A stretch of 64,000 bases of DNA from Felis catus (Eukaryota). Shown one piece after another: positions 37,934-50,395 of the stretch. The notes under the pieces were generated by a model, which was not told where the DNA came from, did no database searches, and saw nothing but the letters and a program-made list of their open reading frames with translations. The position numbers were made by a program, and so were the translations under genes. The stretch is taken from positions 15,316,001 to 15,380,000 of the forward strand of contig NC_058383.1 in assembly GCF_018350175.1 (NCBI RefSeq), written 5' to 3'. Position 1 is the first letter of the stretch; every line of letters begins with the position of its first letter.

Positions 37934-38965
37934 ATTATTATAGCAATAAGACAGATTTTCAGAGAAGCCAATGTCTTAGTTAAGCTTGGAATGAAATAAA
38001 AAGCATCAACAAAGAGTTACCACAATCCTAAATCTGGTGATGAAGAGAGCTCTCGCTCTTTGTGAAAACATAAAATTTAACACATGAGACCTCCTTTATG
38101 CTCATGTGTCAGCCTTTCTACACCCACCCCACCTTCAAATATAAATCCATTTTCTACTGCTACTACTACTTTAAAGAAAAAGTGCTTTGGCGCCCTGAAC
38201 AGTGTCAGCGTACAAACGTCAACCAGCTCCAATTTGAAAACCTTTGTAGAAAATTTATTTTTGATTATGTGAATAGCTGTTCTGCTGTCGTGGTAACATA
38301 GGTACCATCCCTTCCCCCTTAGGCATTGAAACCCCTATTCAGGACTCACTGGTCCACAGATACGCTCTATTCTTTCTCTCTGCAATCCATTCTCTATCTT
38401 CCCCCTACAAGATAATATACATTTTTTAAAACTCTTGTTTCTTACCCCCATGGGAACCTGAAGACAAACCATTTGAGATGTCTACTGATTACAGGATATG
38501 CAGGTAAGTACAAGGTAACCGATCAGATACACCGGCCTACACAGGACGAGCCATTCCGACCAGCAAGGCAGACAATAAAGAACACGTGCTCTCTGAGTTC
38601 ACCTAACATGTTATTAACATGAATAAAGTCAGCCTTATGATTTATTCATTACTTATTTCCATTTAAAGTGAATTTGCAAAAATGTTCCTGTCAGAAAAAT
38701 TACTATCAAAACTCAAATTGTCATCCTGCATCAAGGACATCTCAGAATGAAAGAATGAATGCCTCGTCCTTAGGGCTGCTTCCTCCCCACACAAACTGCC
38801 TGGGACACAGCTCACTCAGGGAGATTGCCAGATGTCTGGGAAACACGTCCTCACGGTCATTGTCCCATTACTGAAAGGTACAATTGGCTCTTTAGGCACT
38901 AAAATAAAACTTACTAGAATCGAAAGATAAATTACTGGCATGTGTCAGCTTCTGATGTTATGATC

Positions 38966-39329
38966 TGTGATGATTAATTTTATCTGTCAACTTGGCTGAA
39001 CCACAGTGCCCAGATATTTGGTCAAATATTATTCTGGATGTTTCTGTGAAGCTGTCTTTTGGATGAAATTAACATTGAAATCAGTGGACTTTGTAGAAGA
39101 GCAGATTGCCCTCTAGAAGGTGGATGATCTTCATCCAGTCAGTTGAAGGCTTTAATAGAACAGAAACTGACTCTGCCCAAGCAAGAAAGGATTCTGCCAG
39201 CAGACTGCCTTTGAATTTGAACCGCAATTTTCCCCGAGTCTCCAGCCTGCTGGTTTACCCCAAACCTACACAATCAGGTGAGCCTGTTCCCCAAATCAAT
39301 CTCTCACTCTCAATCGCTGCACACACAAC

Positions 39330-39370
<41 letters not shown>

Positions 39371-39405
39371 TCCTGGTGACTGTTTCTCTGGAGAACTCTA
39401 ATATA
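38966..39405 (+). mobile_element. MLT2 (ERVL) solo LTR with internal (CA)n
   Basis: tgtgatgattaattttatctgtcaacttgg...cccagatatttggtcaaa...tgtttctctggagaactctaata. Confidence 0.9.
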
Positions 39406-39494
39406 TGATCCAAAAGAAAACAAGACTTCACCTTGAAATTTTTTAAGAAGGCATATGGTTTGTTTGGAGATCAATAATCAATATTCATTAAGTA

Positions 39495-40260
39495 CTGAGG
39501 TATAATAAGCAATACATTTGATCTTTGGCCCTGGTTCCTGGCAGAAAGCTCCTAAAACCCTTGGGATTTCCTGACGGAAAGTAGCGTCTCTTGTCTTTCA
39601 TCAGGAGCCCCTTTGAGCACACCCGAGTTTACACTAATGAGGTGACTTAGGGCCCTTAAATAGCCTCAGGACAGGGTTGGTCACCGGAGAGCCCAAGTGA
39701 TTAGAGGGCTGGAATTTTCAACCACACCACAGACTTCTTGGGAGGGGAAACAGGGCAGGGTATGAAGCTCTATAAAAACTCGTGAACAACAAGAGCTGAT
39801 GAGCTTCCAGGGTAGTGAGTGCATCCAAGTGCCAGGGCGATGATGCGCTCCAGTTCTACTAGGACAGAAGCTCCAGTGCTTAGGAGGTTTGCGGACTTTG
39901 CCTTATGTCACCTCTTCCTCTAGCTGTCCATCTGAATCCTCTAAAATACCCTTTATAATAAACGGGTAAATGTAAGTGAATGCTTCTGAGTTCTGTGAGC
40001 CACCCCAATAAATTAATCAAATCCAAAGAACAGGGAGTGGGAACCTCCAATTTACTGCCATCAGAACTGCAAGTCCAGGTAACAACCAGGACTTGAGATT
40101 GGGGTCTGATGTGGGGCAGTCTTACAGGACTGAACCCTGACCCTGTAGGGCCTGATGTGACCTCCAGACAGTGTTAGAACCAAATTAAATTTATAGGACA
40201 CCCAGTCAGTGTCTACTGAGAACTGAAGAATTGCTTGGTGTGCTAAAAAAGAAAACAGCA
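39495..40260 (+). mobile_element. MER21-family solo LTR
   Basis: tataataagcaatacatttgatctttggccctggttcctggcagaaagctcctaaaaccc...taggacacccagtcagtgtc. Confidence 0.85.
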
Positions 40261-40611
40261 CTTATTAGAAGTACTATAATATAATCTCAAGGAGCAGTGA
40301 CCTGACACAACAAGTTTCTTCACGTAAAAGAAAAGAATCGCCTGATCTTCAAAATGCTTATTACTGGGGTTTAGAAAGACTCCCACATATGAAGCTAGCA
40401 CCACAAGAGGGCCTTTATCAACACCTTGGTTAAAATTCATTTTTTTATTACTGCACAGCAAAGGAAAGGACAGGACAGGAGGGCTTGTAAGTGGTAGGTG
40501 GAGACAAACACATAGATTTAACAGGGAACCTAACAAATTTCAGTTCAGTATATGCAGCTATCACCTCACCAAGCCAACACTTTGTGAGTCCACCACCTCC
40601 ATGACAGCATT

Positions 40612-40790
40612 GGGCCTCGAGAAGTGGTCCCCAGCTCAACAACATTGACACCACCTGGAAAGCTGCAGAAATGCACATGCCTGGGCCCCACTCACATCTA
40701 CTGAACAATCTTTGGAAAAGGAAACCAGGAATTTGTGTTTTAACAAGACTTCTAGATGATTCTGATTTACACTAAAGCCTGAGAACCAGA
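40612..40790. mobile_element. MER5A hAT MITE
   Basis: aagtggtcccc...cacctgg...gaaatgca...ttttaacaag...gatgattctgat...tgagaacca. Confidence 0.8.
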
Positions 40791-41334
40791 AACCTCCAGT
40801 AAAATCATATACCTGTAAGTATGAAACAGAACTGAATCAGGAAGTTCAGAAACTGGGGGGCAGAATTTTTACATCACTATGGATCGGGTGGAGGGAATTT
40901 TTATTAATAGTATCCCTCCTTTTTTATAAGGCATTTATATAACTAATACTATATCACTGATATTATTTAAGATTTTTCCAATGATCTCAACTTTTCAATC
41001 CATTCTTAGGCTGCTTTGTGCTTACTGAGACAGAACAATATCAAAATTGTTCAGGGTGGATGATAATACACTCCCAGGCAAAACTTACAGGCCTCGTGCA
41101 TCGTATTTGCAATTGCTAAGCTCTGAATTACGTTTTTTTAGTTCTTCCACCATATAGGATGTAAGAGTTGTCAGTAAAAACGAAAAAAGCCAAAATGTAT
41201 ACAGTATTTCTATAAAGTTTTCACTTCCCTGTATGAAAATTTGCCAGTGGGGTCAAAGTCCTGTGAAAGAGGCAATTCGGCTGCCAATTTAATACGCACT
41301 AATTAGCATTCCTTTGTAAAAGGTAGATAAATAC

Positions 41335-41444
41335 CTTTAAACTGCTTAATCATGTTCTGATGGTTTTCAATGGCTTCCTTTAAGATCATTTCAGGCTGGT
41401 CCATCTTCCACCGCCATTCAGTGCCCACTGGGTTGGTGTGGTGC
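41335..41444 (-). CDS. TYW1: TYW1 internal coding exon (110 bp), first of the three in transcript order
   Basis: Minus strand reads ttctcag|G CAC CAC ACC...TTT AAA G|gtattt and translates (R)HHTNPVGTEWRWKMDQPEMILKEAIENHQNMIKQFK(G), the segment following the CxxxCxxC motif of TYW1. Phase 2 in, phase 1 out. Confidence 0.97.
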
Positions 41445-41845
41445 CTGAGAACGAGAGGCAAAAGTTCTAAAGGACTCTCTGTAATAACACCTCAGTCATC
41501 TACTATGCCATAGTCCATAAAATCACAAAATTAGAGTTGGTTTCCCCCTAGGAGCTCAGCTATTTATAGCAGTGTTTTCCAGCTTATTCTAAGTCATGAC
41601 ATCTAGCAGAGAGGGTTAGATGGCAGAGAAGTGCCTAGCTAAGACTGAGGATTTAATCAGAACAATACGAAATGTGCAACCTTTTCTCCCAGCCACCCAC
41701 CACCAGGTTAACAGGCATCCATTAACGACCGATAGAATATTGCTGGAAGAGTTGCACAATCACAGTGACTGACCCTCCCTGAGAGGCAGCACAGTGGAAA
41801 CACCTACAGCTTAGGATGGATCAGACATTAAGAAAAAAACCTGTC

Positions 41846-42050
41846 GGGGCGCCTGGGTGGCTCAGTCGGTTGAACGTCCGACTGCAGCTCAGGTCATGAT
41901 CTCATGGTTCGTGGGTTCAAGCCCCACATGGGGCTCTGCACTGACAGCACGGAGCCTGCTTTAGATTCTGTCTCCCTCTCTCTGCCCCTCCCCCACAGGT
42001 CTTCCCTCTCTCTCCCTCTTCTCAAAAATAAACATTAAAAAATATAAAGG
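41846..42050 (+). mobile_element. Can-SINE
   Basis: TSD aaaaaacctgtc. Confidence 0.94.
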
Positions 42051-42857
42051 AAAAAACCTGTCAAACCAGCCCCCACGCTACACACAAGGATCGCCTTGAG
42101 GAATTTTAAACCTGTGGTACACTGAAGGGAAGCACAGAAACAGTAAATCTCAACTCAAGCCCAACTCCTGACTAGATTAACCTAAACTCCAAAAAGTAAA
42201 GGCCTAGCAGAAAGGAAAGGTGTACTGATTTTCAAACACACAAAAAAATTCACCTCGTCTCTTAAGTACTACATAAGAAGTCCAACTTTAAACAAAAACA
42301 AAACAGAAAAAAAAAAAAAAAAGAATACAAAAACAAGAAAACAACACATTCCCCATAGACAAAGCAATTGGCTGAACCAAACTCTTGACCCAAGTGGTGA
42401 AACTATTTGACAGGGAATTTTAAAAAGCTATGATTAATATGTTAAAAGCCCTCATAGAAAAGGTGGGCAATATGCAAGATCAGATGGGTAAATTCAGCAG
42501 AGAGATGGAAATTATAACACAACCACCAAAGAGAAATGCTAAATATGAAAAACAGGCCTTCGACCAGTTCAGCAGTAACTTGTAACAGCTGAGGAGAGAG
42601 TAAAAAAACTTGGAGACCAATGCAAATAAGCCACCTAAAACACATAGTGTTCTTTAAGTGACAAAAAAAAAAAAAGGGACACAGCATCTGAGAGCTGTGG
42701 GACAACACAAATACCTCCAAAATACACATACTTGGAATCCCGGAAGGAAAACAGAAATAACAAAGCAGATGAAATAGTAGAAAAATGACCACTAACAATT
42801 TTTCACAGGTAGTGAAAAACAACCACAGATCCAAGCAGCTCTCAGAACAACCAGGAT

Positions 42858-42881
42858 GTATTTATTTTATTTATTTATTTT

Positions 42882-42940
<59 letters not shown>

Positions 42941-43122
42941 CACGCATGCATGAGCAGGGGAGGGGCAGAGAGAGAGAGAGAGGGAGAGGGAGAATCCCAA
43001 ACAGGCTCTGCCCTATTGTTGCAGAGACCTCACGCAGAGCTCAAACTCATGAACCCAGAGATCATGACCTGGCCCGAACCAAGGGTGGGATGCTTAACCA
43101 ACTGAGCCACCCAGGCATCCCC
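42858..43122 (-). mobile_element. Can-SINE with expanded (AG)n
   Basis: Reverse head ccacccaggcatccc; flanking ccaggat repeat. Confidence 0.93.
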
Positions 43123-43125
43123 AGG

Positions 43126-43161
<36 letters not shown>

Positions 43162-43808
43162 CAGCCTAAAAAGACACATTACCTAAGAACAAAGATTAAA
43201 AATTACATCTGACAACTCATCAGAAAACAAAAGCCAGCTGAAATTATAATGACACCTGAGAAGCATGCTTAAAAAAAAAAAAAAAAAGGGAACAAAACGC
43301 ATCGACCAGAATTCTAAACTCAGAGTATCTTTCAGAAATGGAAAATAAAGGCTTTTGCACACAAAATCTGAGAGACTTCCTTGTCAGAAAACCTACATCA
43401 CAAGTATGTTAAAGGGAATTGTTTAGACTAAAGAAACATACACTAGATAGAAACCTGAAACTATACAAAGAAATAATGAGCACTGGAAAGGGGGGGAAAG
43501 GGGAAAATCACATTTACCTTTTTTACCTTTAACTGCTCTAAAAATAACTGACAGTGTCAGTAAAAAAGAGTAGCAATGTACTATGCGTTTACAACTTATG
43601 TAAAACTTACTATGCCAACAATAGCAAAGGGTAGTAAAGAGGAATAGGGAATATACTGTTGTAAAATCCTTACACTACATATGAAGGGGTATATTACTTG
43701 ATGGTAGACTCTGATTAATTAAAGATGTACATTGTAAACCTTAGGGAAATCTCTAAAATATTTTTAAAATACATAAATAATAAGCCAAGATTAAACATAA
43801 AATCATTT

Positions 43809-44035
43809 GGGGTGTCTGGGTGGCTCAGTCAGTTAAGCGACCGACTTCAGCTCAGGTCATGATCTCACAGTCTGTGGGTTCGAGCCCCACATCAGGCTCT
43901 GTGCTGACAGCTCAGAGCCTGGAGCCTGCTTCTGATTCTGTGTCTCCCTCTCTCTCTGCCCCTCCCCTGCTCATGCTCTGTCTCTCTCTGTAGCAAAAAT
44001 AAATAAAAACATTAAAAAAAAATTTTTTTTAAATA
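43809..44035 (+). mobile_element. Can-SINE
   Basis: TSD ataaaatcattt. Confidence 0.95.
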
Positions 44036-44203
44036 TAAAATCATTTAAAATGCTCAATTAACATGACAGCAGGTAGAAAAATAAAAAACAGAATAGATAA
44101 CAGCAGGATGTAGATTTTAATCAAACCATACCAATAGTCACTTTCAATATAAATGGCTTAAAGCATCAGTGAAGAGAGATTATCAGATGAGTCTATATGA
44201 GGC

Positions 44204-44264
44204 CACTGCACTGATGGTGTGCACCCTGCTTAGGATTCTCTCTCCCTCTGCCCCTCCCCTGCTT

Positions 44265-44315
<51 letters not shown>

Positions 44316-44345
44316 AAACATTTTTTGAAAAAAGGAAAAGAAAAA
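44204..44345 (+). mobile_element. 5'-truncated Can-SINE
   Basis: Begins at ctgcactgatgg, then (CT)n and tail; flanking repeat tatatga(g/a)gcca. Confidence 0.85.
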
Positions 44346-44602
44346 TTATATGAAGCCAGAATTACTCTAATACAACAACAACAACAAAACAGATTAAGAC
44401 ATTACAAGGAAACTACAGACCAACACCCTCCATGAACAGAGACACAGAAACCTAAAAAAACAAAACAAACAAACAAAAACCCTGAGCAAATCAAATGCAG
44501 CAACACATAAAAAGGATAATGTGTCACAACCAAGTACCAAGTTGAACCAGAAACACAGACTGGTTCAATATGCAAAAATCAATCACTTTAGTTCACCAAT
44601 TT

Positions 44603-44887
44603 CCTTTTTTTTTTTTTTAGTAGGCTTCATGTCCAGCATGGAGCCCAACACAAGGCTTGAACTCACAACCCTGAGATCAAGACCTGAGCTGAGATCAAGA
44701 GTCAGACACATGGGGCACCCGGGTGGCTCAGGAGGTTAAACGTCCGTCCGACTCTTGCTTTCGGCTCAGGTCATGATCTCGCGGTTTCATGAATTCAAGC
44801 CCCATGTCAGGCTCCGTGCTGACAGTGGGGAGCTTGCTTGGGGTTCTCTCTCTCTCTCCCTCTCTCTCTGACCCTCCCACACTCGTG

Positions 44888-44929
<42 letters not shown>

Positions 44930-44998
44930 AAAAATGCATAAATTAAAAAAAAAAAAAAACAGTTGAACACTTAACCAACTGAGTCACCCAGGCACCCC
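44603..44998 (-). mobile_element. Old Can-SINE split by an antiparallel SINE
   Basis: Body at 44603-44711 resumes at 44961-44998; outer repeat gttcacca..ttt. Confidence 0.88.
44712..44960 (+). mobile_element. Can-SINE nested in a SINE
   Basis: Full head, (CT)n and A tail. Confidence 0.93.
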
Positions 44999-46344
44999 TC
45001 TGGTTCACCATTTTAACAGAGTGAAGAAAAAATGATTATCTGAATAAAATGCAACATCCATTAATGACAAAAACTCTCAGCAAACTAAAAATAAAAAACA
45101 GAATCTCTTTAATCTCATGAAGGGGATCCAAAAAAACCCTCATAGCTGACATCAAACTTAACAGTGAAAGAATGAATGCTTTCCTCTTAAGATCTGAAAC
45201 ACTGTAAAAATATCCTTTCTGACCACTCCTATACAGCATGTAAATCCTAGTAGTGAAATGAAGCCAGAATAAGGAGTAAACTCTCTCTTCACAAATGACA
45301 AGTTTGTCTACATAAAACTTCAAAAGAATCTACAAAAAACATACTGGAACTAATGAGAACTAGTAAGAGAGCCTAGCAAGTGCATAAGATGCATGGTCAA
45401 TATACAAAAATCAACTGTCTTTATTATATACTAGAATGTGTGGTATTGGCCAAAGAAAGACATATAGATCAAAAGGACAAATGAATCCAGAAATATACCC
45501 AACTTATATTATTGTGAACTGATCTTTTTATAAAGGTGCAAAGGCAATTTAAGGGAGAAAGGATAATCCTTTCAATAAATGTTGCTACAACAGTTGGATA
45601 TCCAAAAGCCAAAACAAAAAACAAAACAAACAAACAAAAAAACCAATTTCCATGCATACCTTGAACATCATCAGTAATAAGACAAACTGATAGCATATAC
45701 CTTCTGGTAGGACTGATATACTGAGAACACATTGCTTCACACAAAAATATACATAATCTCATTCTCATTATGAAAATAAACCAAATACAAATTGAGGAAC
45801 CTTCTACAAAATACTTGACCAGGATTTTTCAAAAGTGTTAAAGCCATAAAAACAAGGAGAACTAAGAAACTGTCACAGACTGGAAAAGACTAAGGACACA
45901 TAACAACTAAATGCAATGTGGGATGCTGGACCGGATCCTGGAATAGAAAAAGAACAGTAATGGAAAAACTGGCAAAATCTCAACAGTCTCCAGTTTAATT
46001 AATAGTGTTATATATATTTTAATTAGCAAGAAATGTTAATTTCTTGCTTGTGATAACTGTCCCATGTCCCATGTTAAGATATTAACACTACAGGAAGGTA
46101 AATGAACGGATACCAGAACTTTCCAAACAACCTTTGCAACCTGCCACATAAGAAACAGTTTTCCTTCCTTAAAACACGAAACGTTGGAAACACAGGGAAA
46201 GAAGCATCATATTCACACGCTGAAGTATAAATTGATATGATCTGGGTCTAAAATATATAGTAAAAATCCGAAAACATTTTATACAGCAGAGTACTCATTA
46301 CAACACAACCAGCTATAATAGCAAAAACAAAAACAAAAAACCTA

Positions 46345-46450
46345 TCTTGATGAGCACTGAGTAATGTACAGAATTATTGAATCATACTGTATACATTCAA
46401 TATAACACTGTATATTAATTATACTTCAATTTTAAAAAATAAAAAATTAT
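46345..46450 (+). mobile_element. Carnivore L1 extreme 3' end
   Basis: gatgagcactgagtaatgtacagaatt...aacactgtatattaattatacttcaatt followed by an A-rich tail. Confidence 0.8.
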
Positions 46451-46617
46451 ATTTGCAAAAATTAAACCCATCTTGACCACGATCTCTTGTTTTTCAATGC
46501 TGGACTCTGTGTTTTAATATATTGTTTAGGATTTTACACCCATACTAATGAATGAAACTGCACTGCAATATTTGTTTTTAATGCTGTTCTCTGGGTTGCT
46601 ATCAAGGTTACGCTAGT

Positions 46618-46843
46618 GTTTTGTTTTGTTTTTTAATTTTCTTTAACGTTTATTTTATTTTTTGAGAGACAGAGCACTAGCGGGGGAGGGGCAGAGAGAG
46701 AGGAAGACACCAAATCTGAAGCAGGCTCCAGGCTCTGAGCTGTCAGCACACAGCCTGACAGCAGGGCTTGAACCCATAAACCGTGAGTTCAAGACCTAAG
46801 CCAAAGTCAGACACTTAACCGACTGAGCCACCCAGACAATCCA
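46618..46843 (-). mobile_element. Can-SINE within an old minus-strand L1 fragment (about 46510-47050)
   Basis: Reverse SINE body; flanking repeat gttac(g/a)ct(a/g)gt. Confidence 0.92.
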
Positions 46844-47073
46844 GTTACACTGGTTTCTTAAAATTAGTCTATGAGTGTTCCCTTTTTCTTTGCTTTCTGG
46901 AGAATTTCTTTTCCTTGAGTATTTGCTTAGAACTTACTTATAAAACCATCTAGGTCTGGTTTCTTTTTGATACGGTTTGTAACTACCGATTCCATTACTA
47001 CAGTGATTACAGAACTGCTCAGAATGACATTCTTCCTGAATTACTTTTGAAAATCTAAATTTACAAGGAATTT

Positions 47074-47315
47074 AGAAATTGGGAACGGCCAGTGATTTCC
47101 AGGTACTAGGAATGTGGAGGGCAAGGGAGTAGGGGTAGCAAGAAGGCGCCTTTTGGTGATGGAAAAAGTCTGTATTTTGATTGTGGTGATGGACACACAA
47201 TTCAAAAATATGATAGAATTGTACAGGAATACATACATACGTATTCCCACCACACAAATGAGTGCATTCAAAACTGATGAAATCTGAATAAACTCTGTAG
47301 ATTTTTTTAAATAAA
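47074..47315 (+). mobile_element. L1MC/MD-like 3' UTR piece with a perfect 18-bp TSD
   Basis: ggtgatggaaaaagtctgtattttgattgtggtgatgg...aaaactgatgaaatctgaataaa; taaatttacaaggaattt at 47056-47073 and 47316-47333. Confidence 0.8.
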
Positions 47316-47639
47316 TAAATTTACAAGGAATTTGATTATTTTTCAAATTTTCAAATATTAATACTTTACTGTCTACTGTCTTCAATCTTTGCAGCATCAA
47401 TAATTATTTATCCTCTTTCATTAGTTAATATTATTTATTCCCTCTCTCCTTTTTTGATCTCACAAATATCATTAAACTTCTACCAATTTCAATTGCACTT
47501 GATTGATAACATCCCCACACACCACACTACCTAATCAAGTCTTTAAGATTTTGTTCTTGAAATTTATTTGCTATTTATCTTCTACCAGAGCAAAAAGAGC
47601 ACATCAAAAAATTTACAGGAACAGCTTAAGTTCATTTGC

Positions 47640-48680
47640 CTTAAACCAAACTACAAAGCACATTCAGGCCAAAAAAAAAACACAAAAAAACAAAAAACCC
47701 AAAACACAACAGAGTGACCAGATAACCTAAGAAATAGACAAAGATATTTGCAAACTATATATCAGATAAGGGTCAATAACCAAAATAATATGGAATTCCA
47801 TTAATTCAATAGCAAATAATAATAATAATTCAATTTTAAAGTGGACAGAGGACTTGTAACTCAATTTTTAAATGGGCAGAGGACTTGACATTTCTCCAAA
47901 GAAGACATACAAATGACAGACAGGTATATTAAAAAATTCTCAACATTACTAATCATCAGGGAAATGCAAATCAAAATCACAGTAAGATATCACCTCATAC
48001 CCATGACTATGGCCACTATCAGACAAAAAATAAAGTAAAATAAAATAACACATGTTGGCAAGCATATGGAGAAATCAGAACCTTATGCACTATTAGAAAA
48101 GCAAAATGGTATAGCCACTATGGAAAGCAGTATGGAAGTTATAAAAATAATTAAGAAGAGAACTACCATTTGATATAAGAATCCCACTTTTGTGTATTTT
48201 TCCAAAAGAATGAAAAACAGAATCTCAAACAGATATACCCACTCCCACATTTACTGCAGCATTATTAGTCACGATGTGTGAATAAAGAAAATGTGGTATA
48301 CACATACAATGGATATCATTCAGCCTTAAAAAAGAAGAAAATGCTGCCATATGTGACAACGTGGACTAACCTGGGGGACATCATGCTAAAATGAAATAGG
48401 CTGTCTACAGAAGGACAAATACTGCACGATACCACTTATATGGGGTCTATAAAATAGTCACACACACAGAGGCAGACAGTAGAATGGTGTTGCCAGGGGC
48501 TAAAGGAGGGGGAAATTGGGAATTGCTATTTAACAAATATAAAGCTTCAGTTACATAAGATTATTAAGTTCTAGAGAACCTTTTGTTACGATGAACAATA
48601 CTGTATTGTACTCTTAAAATTTTGTTAAGAGAGCAGATCTCATGTTAGGTATTCTTACCACAGTAGTAATAAAAATAGTA
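47640..48680 (+). mobile_element. L1MA-type ORF2 end and 3' UTR
   Basis: catttctccaaagaagacatacaaatg...catcagggaaatgcaaatcaaaa...gatctcatgttaggtattcttaccac. Confidence 0.9.
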
Positions 48681-48951
48681 ACAACAACAACAACATTACT
48701 TTGGAGCAAAATTAAATTACAATCCTACTAAATATGGGGAATGAGGAAATTTTGTGGAAGAGATATACCTTAGTCACTACTTTAAAGACAAAGGCCATTT
48801 GAACATGTTTCTCTCTTGCTTTCCAAACAATGATTTAATTTAACAGATTAAAATCTGGTTCTAAATCTATATGCGCTTTGATATGAAAAGATCTCTATAA
48901 AGTAGGAACAAAAAAAGCAAGATGCAGAATACTGTAAAGCAGTCTGCCACT

Positions 48952-48973
48952 TGTGTGTGTGTGTGTTTACAAA

Positions 48974-49033
<60 letters not shown>
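48952..49033. repeat. (TG)7 - 8-nt spacer - (AC)29 inverted dinucleotide repeat
   Basis: Read directly from the sequence. Confidence 0.95.
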
Positions 49034-49034
<1 letters not shown>

Positions 49035-49221
49035 CTATTAGCACCTGTGCAGAATATCTCTGAAAACCCAAGTGACTGAAAGACAAGGATGAAAAAAGGA
49101 TTTTCACAGTATAACCTTTTATGCATTTTGAATTTTCACTATGTGCAAGGATGACCTTTCAAAATACATTTAAAATATATTTTAAAGACTCGTGTTTACC
49201 ATCCAAGCAAAACTTTCTTAA

Positions 49222-49795
49222 AAGCTTTATTCAAATATAATTCACATACCATAAAATTCCATTTAAAGTGTACAACCCAACGGCATTCATTATCATAGAG
49301 TTGGGCATAGAGTTGCCCAACTGAACTGCTCAGTTCATAGAGTTGGGCATCCATCACCACAAAGCAATGTTAGAACATTTTTGTCAACCCTCAAAAGAGA
49401 TCCTGCTCCACTTCGCTATCACTCTTCAATCCACACATCCCCCCAGGCCCTAAGCAACCATTGATCTACCTTCTGTGTCTACAGGTTCCTCTATCCTGGG
49501 GCATTTCATAGAAATAAACGATACGATTATACCATATGTTTTTTTGTGATTGGCTTCTTTCACTTAGTGTTACGTTTTCAAGGTTCATCAATTTGTACTA
49601 TGCATCACTATCTCATTTCTTTTTGTTTCCAAATAATATTCCATTGGTGGATATTTTGTTTACCCATGCGTCAGCTGATGAGCATTTCATTTATTTCCAA
49701 TTGGGGAATATTATTACCTTTTCATGTGTTATTTGTATATCTTCTCTGAAGAAGTCTGTTCAGATCCTTTGCCCATTTTTGTAATCAGGTTATTT
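49222..49795 (-). mobile_element. L1MB-type 3' end
   Basis: agctttattcaaatataattcacataccataaaattc...ggcttctttcacttagtg. Confidence 0.88.
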
Positions 49796-49812
49796 GGTCA
49801 AGACAGATACAA

Positions 49813-50043
49813 CTTTTTAAAAAAAAATTTTTTTAACGTATTATTTATTTATTTATTCAGAGACAGAGAAAGACAGAGCACAAGCAGGGAGGGGCAGAGA
49901 GAGGGGGAGACATGGAATCCAAACAGGCTCTAGGCTCTGGGCTGTCAGCACGGAGCCTGACGTGGGGCTCAAACCTATGAACACGAGGATCATGACCTGA
50001 GCCGAAGTCGGATGCTCAACTGACTGAGCCACCCAGGCGCCCC
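49813..50043 (-). mobile_element. Can-SINE
   Basis: Flanking repeat aagacagata..aact. Confidence 0.95.
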
Positions 50044-50289
50044 AAGACAGATATAACTCTTAACTTGACATCTCAAAGTAAAAATTTTCACTCACACAGG
50101 CAGAAACGGGAGACAAACAATGGTAAGTCTGGGCTATCTACACACATAAAACTCAACAACTCTTTCTGAAAATGAGCAGAGTAATATTTTATCTATCTAA
50201 AGCCATCTGCTACCCATATTATCCAAATGAAGTTAGAGAAATTCATTTAGGAAAACTCACATCTGCACATCTTGTTGCAGTTTGAAGTA

Positions 50290-50395
50290 CTTTCGTATGC
50301 ACCATCTCCCTCAAGCAATTAAGCCTCATAGCAACCTTGTAAGGAAGGTATTACTGTTTTTATTTTACAGTTAAGAAAACTGAGGCTCAGAGGCT
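50290..50395 (-). mobile_element. MIR SINE fragment
   Basis: attttacagttaagaaaactgaggctcagagg. Confidence 0.8.

Larger units (their letters stand above)
41740..46150 (+). mobile_element. Fragmented old L1 (L1MC/MD-type) with several SINE insertions
   Basis: ORF1-like, endonuclease-start and RT-region remnants (gaatgctttcctcttaagatc); L1MC-type 3' UTR ctaaatgcaatgtgggatgctggaccggatcctggaa. Confidence 0.8.

Noticed and set aside
41322..41334. GTATTT donor as a U12-type intron
   Set aside because: It does not match the U12 consensus GTATCCTT.
47830..47887. About 31-bp tandem duplication in an L1 (similar ones near 51900 and 52640)
   Set aside because: Ordinary slippage duplications inside decayed repeats.
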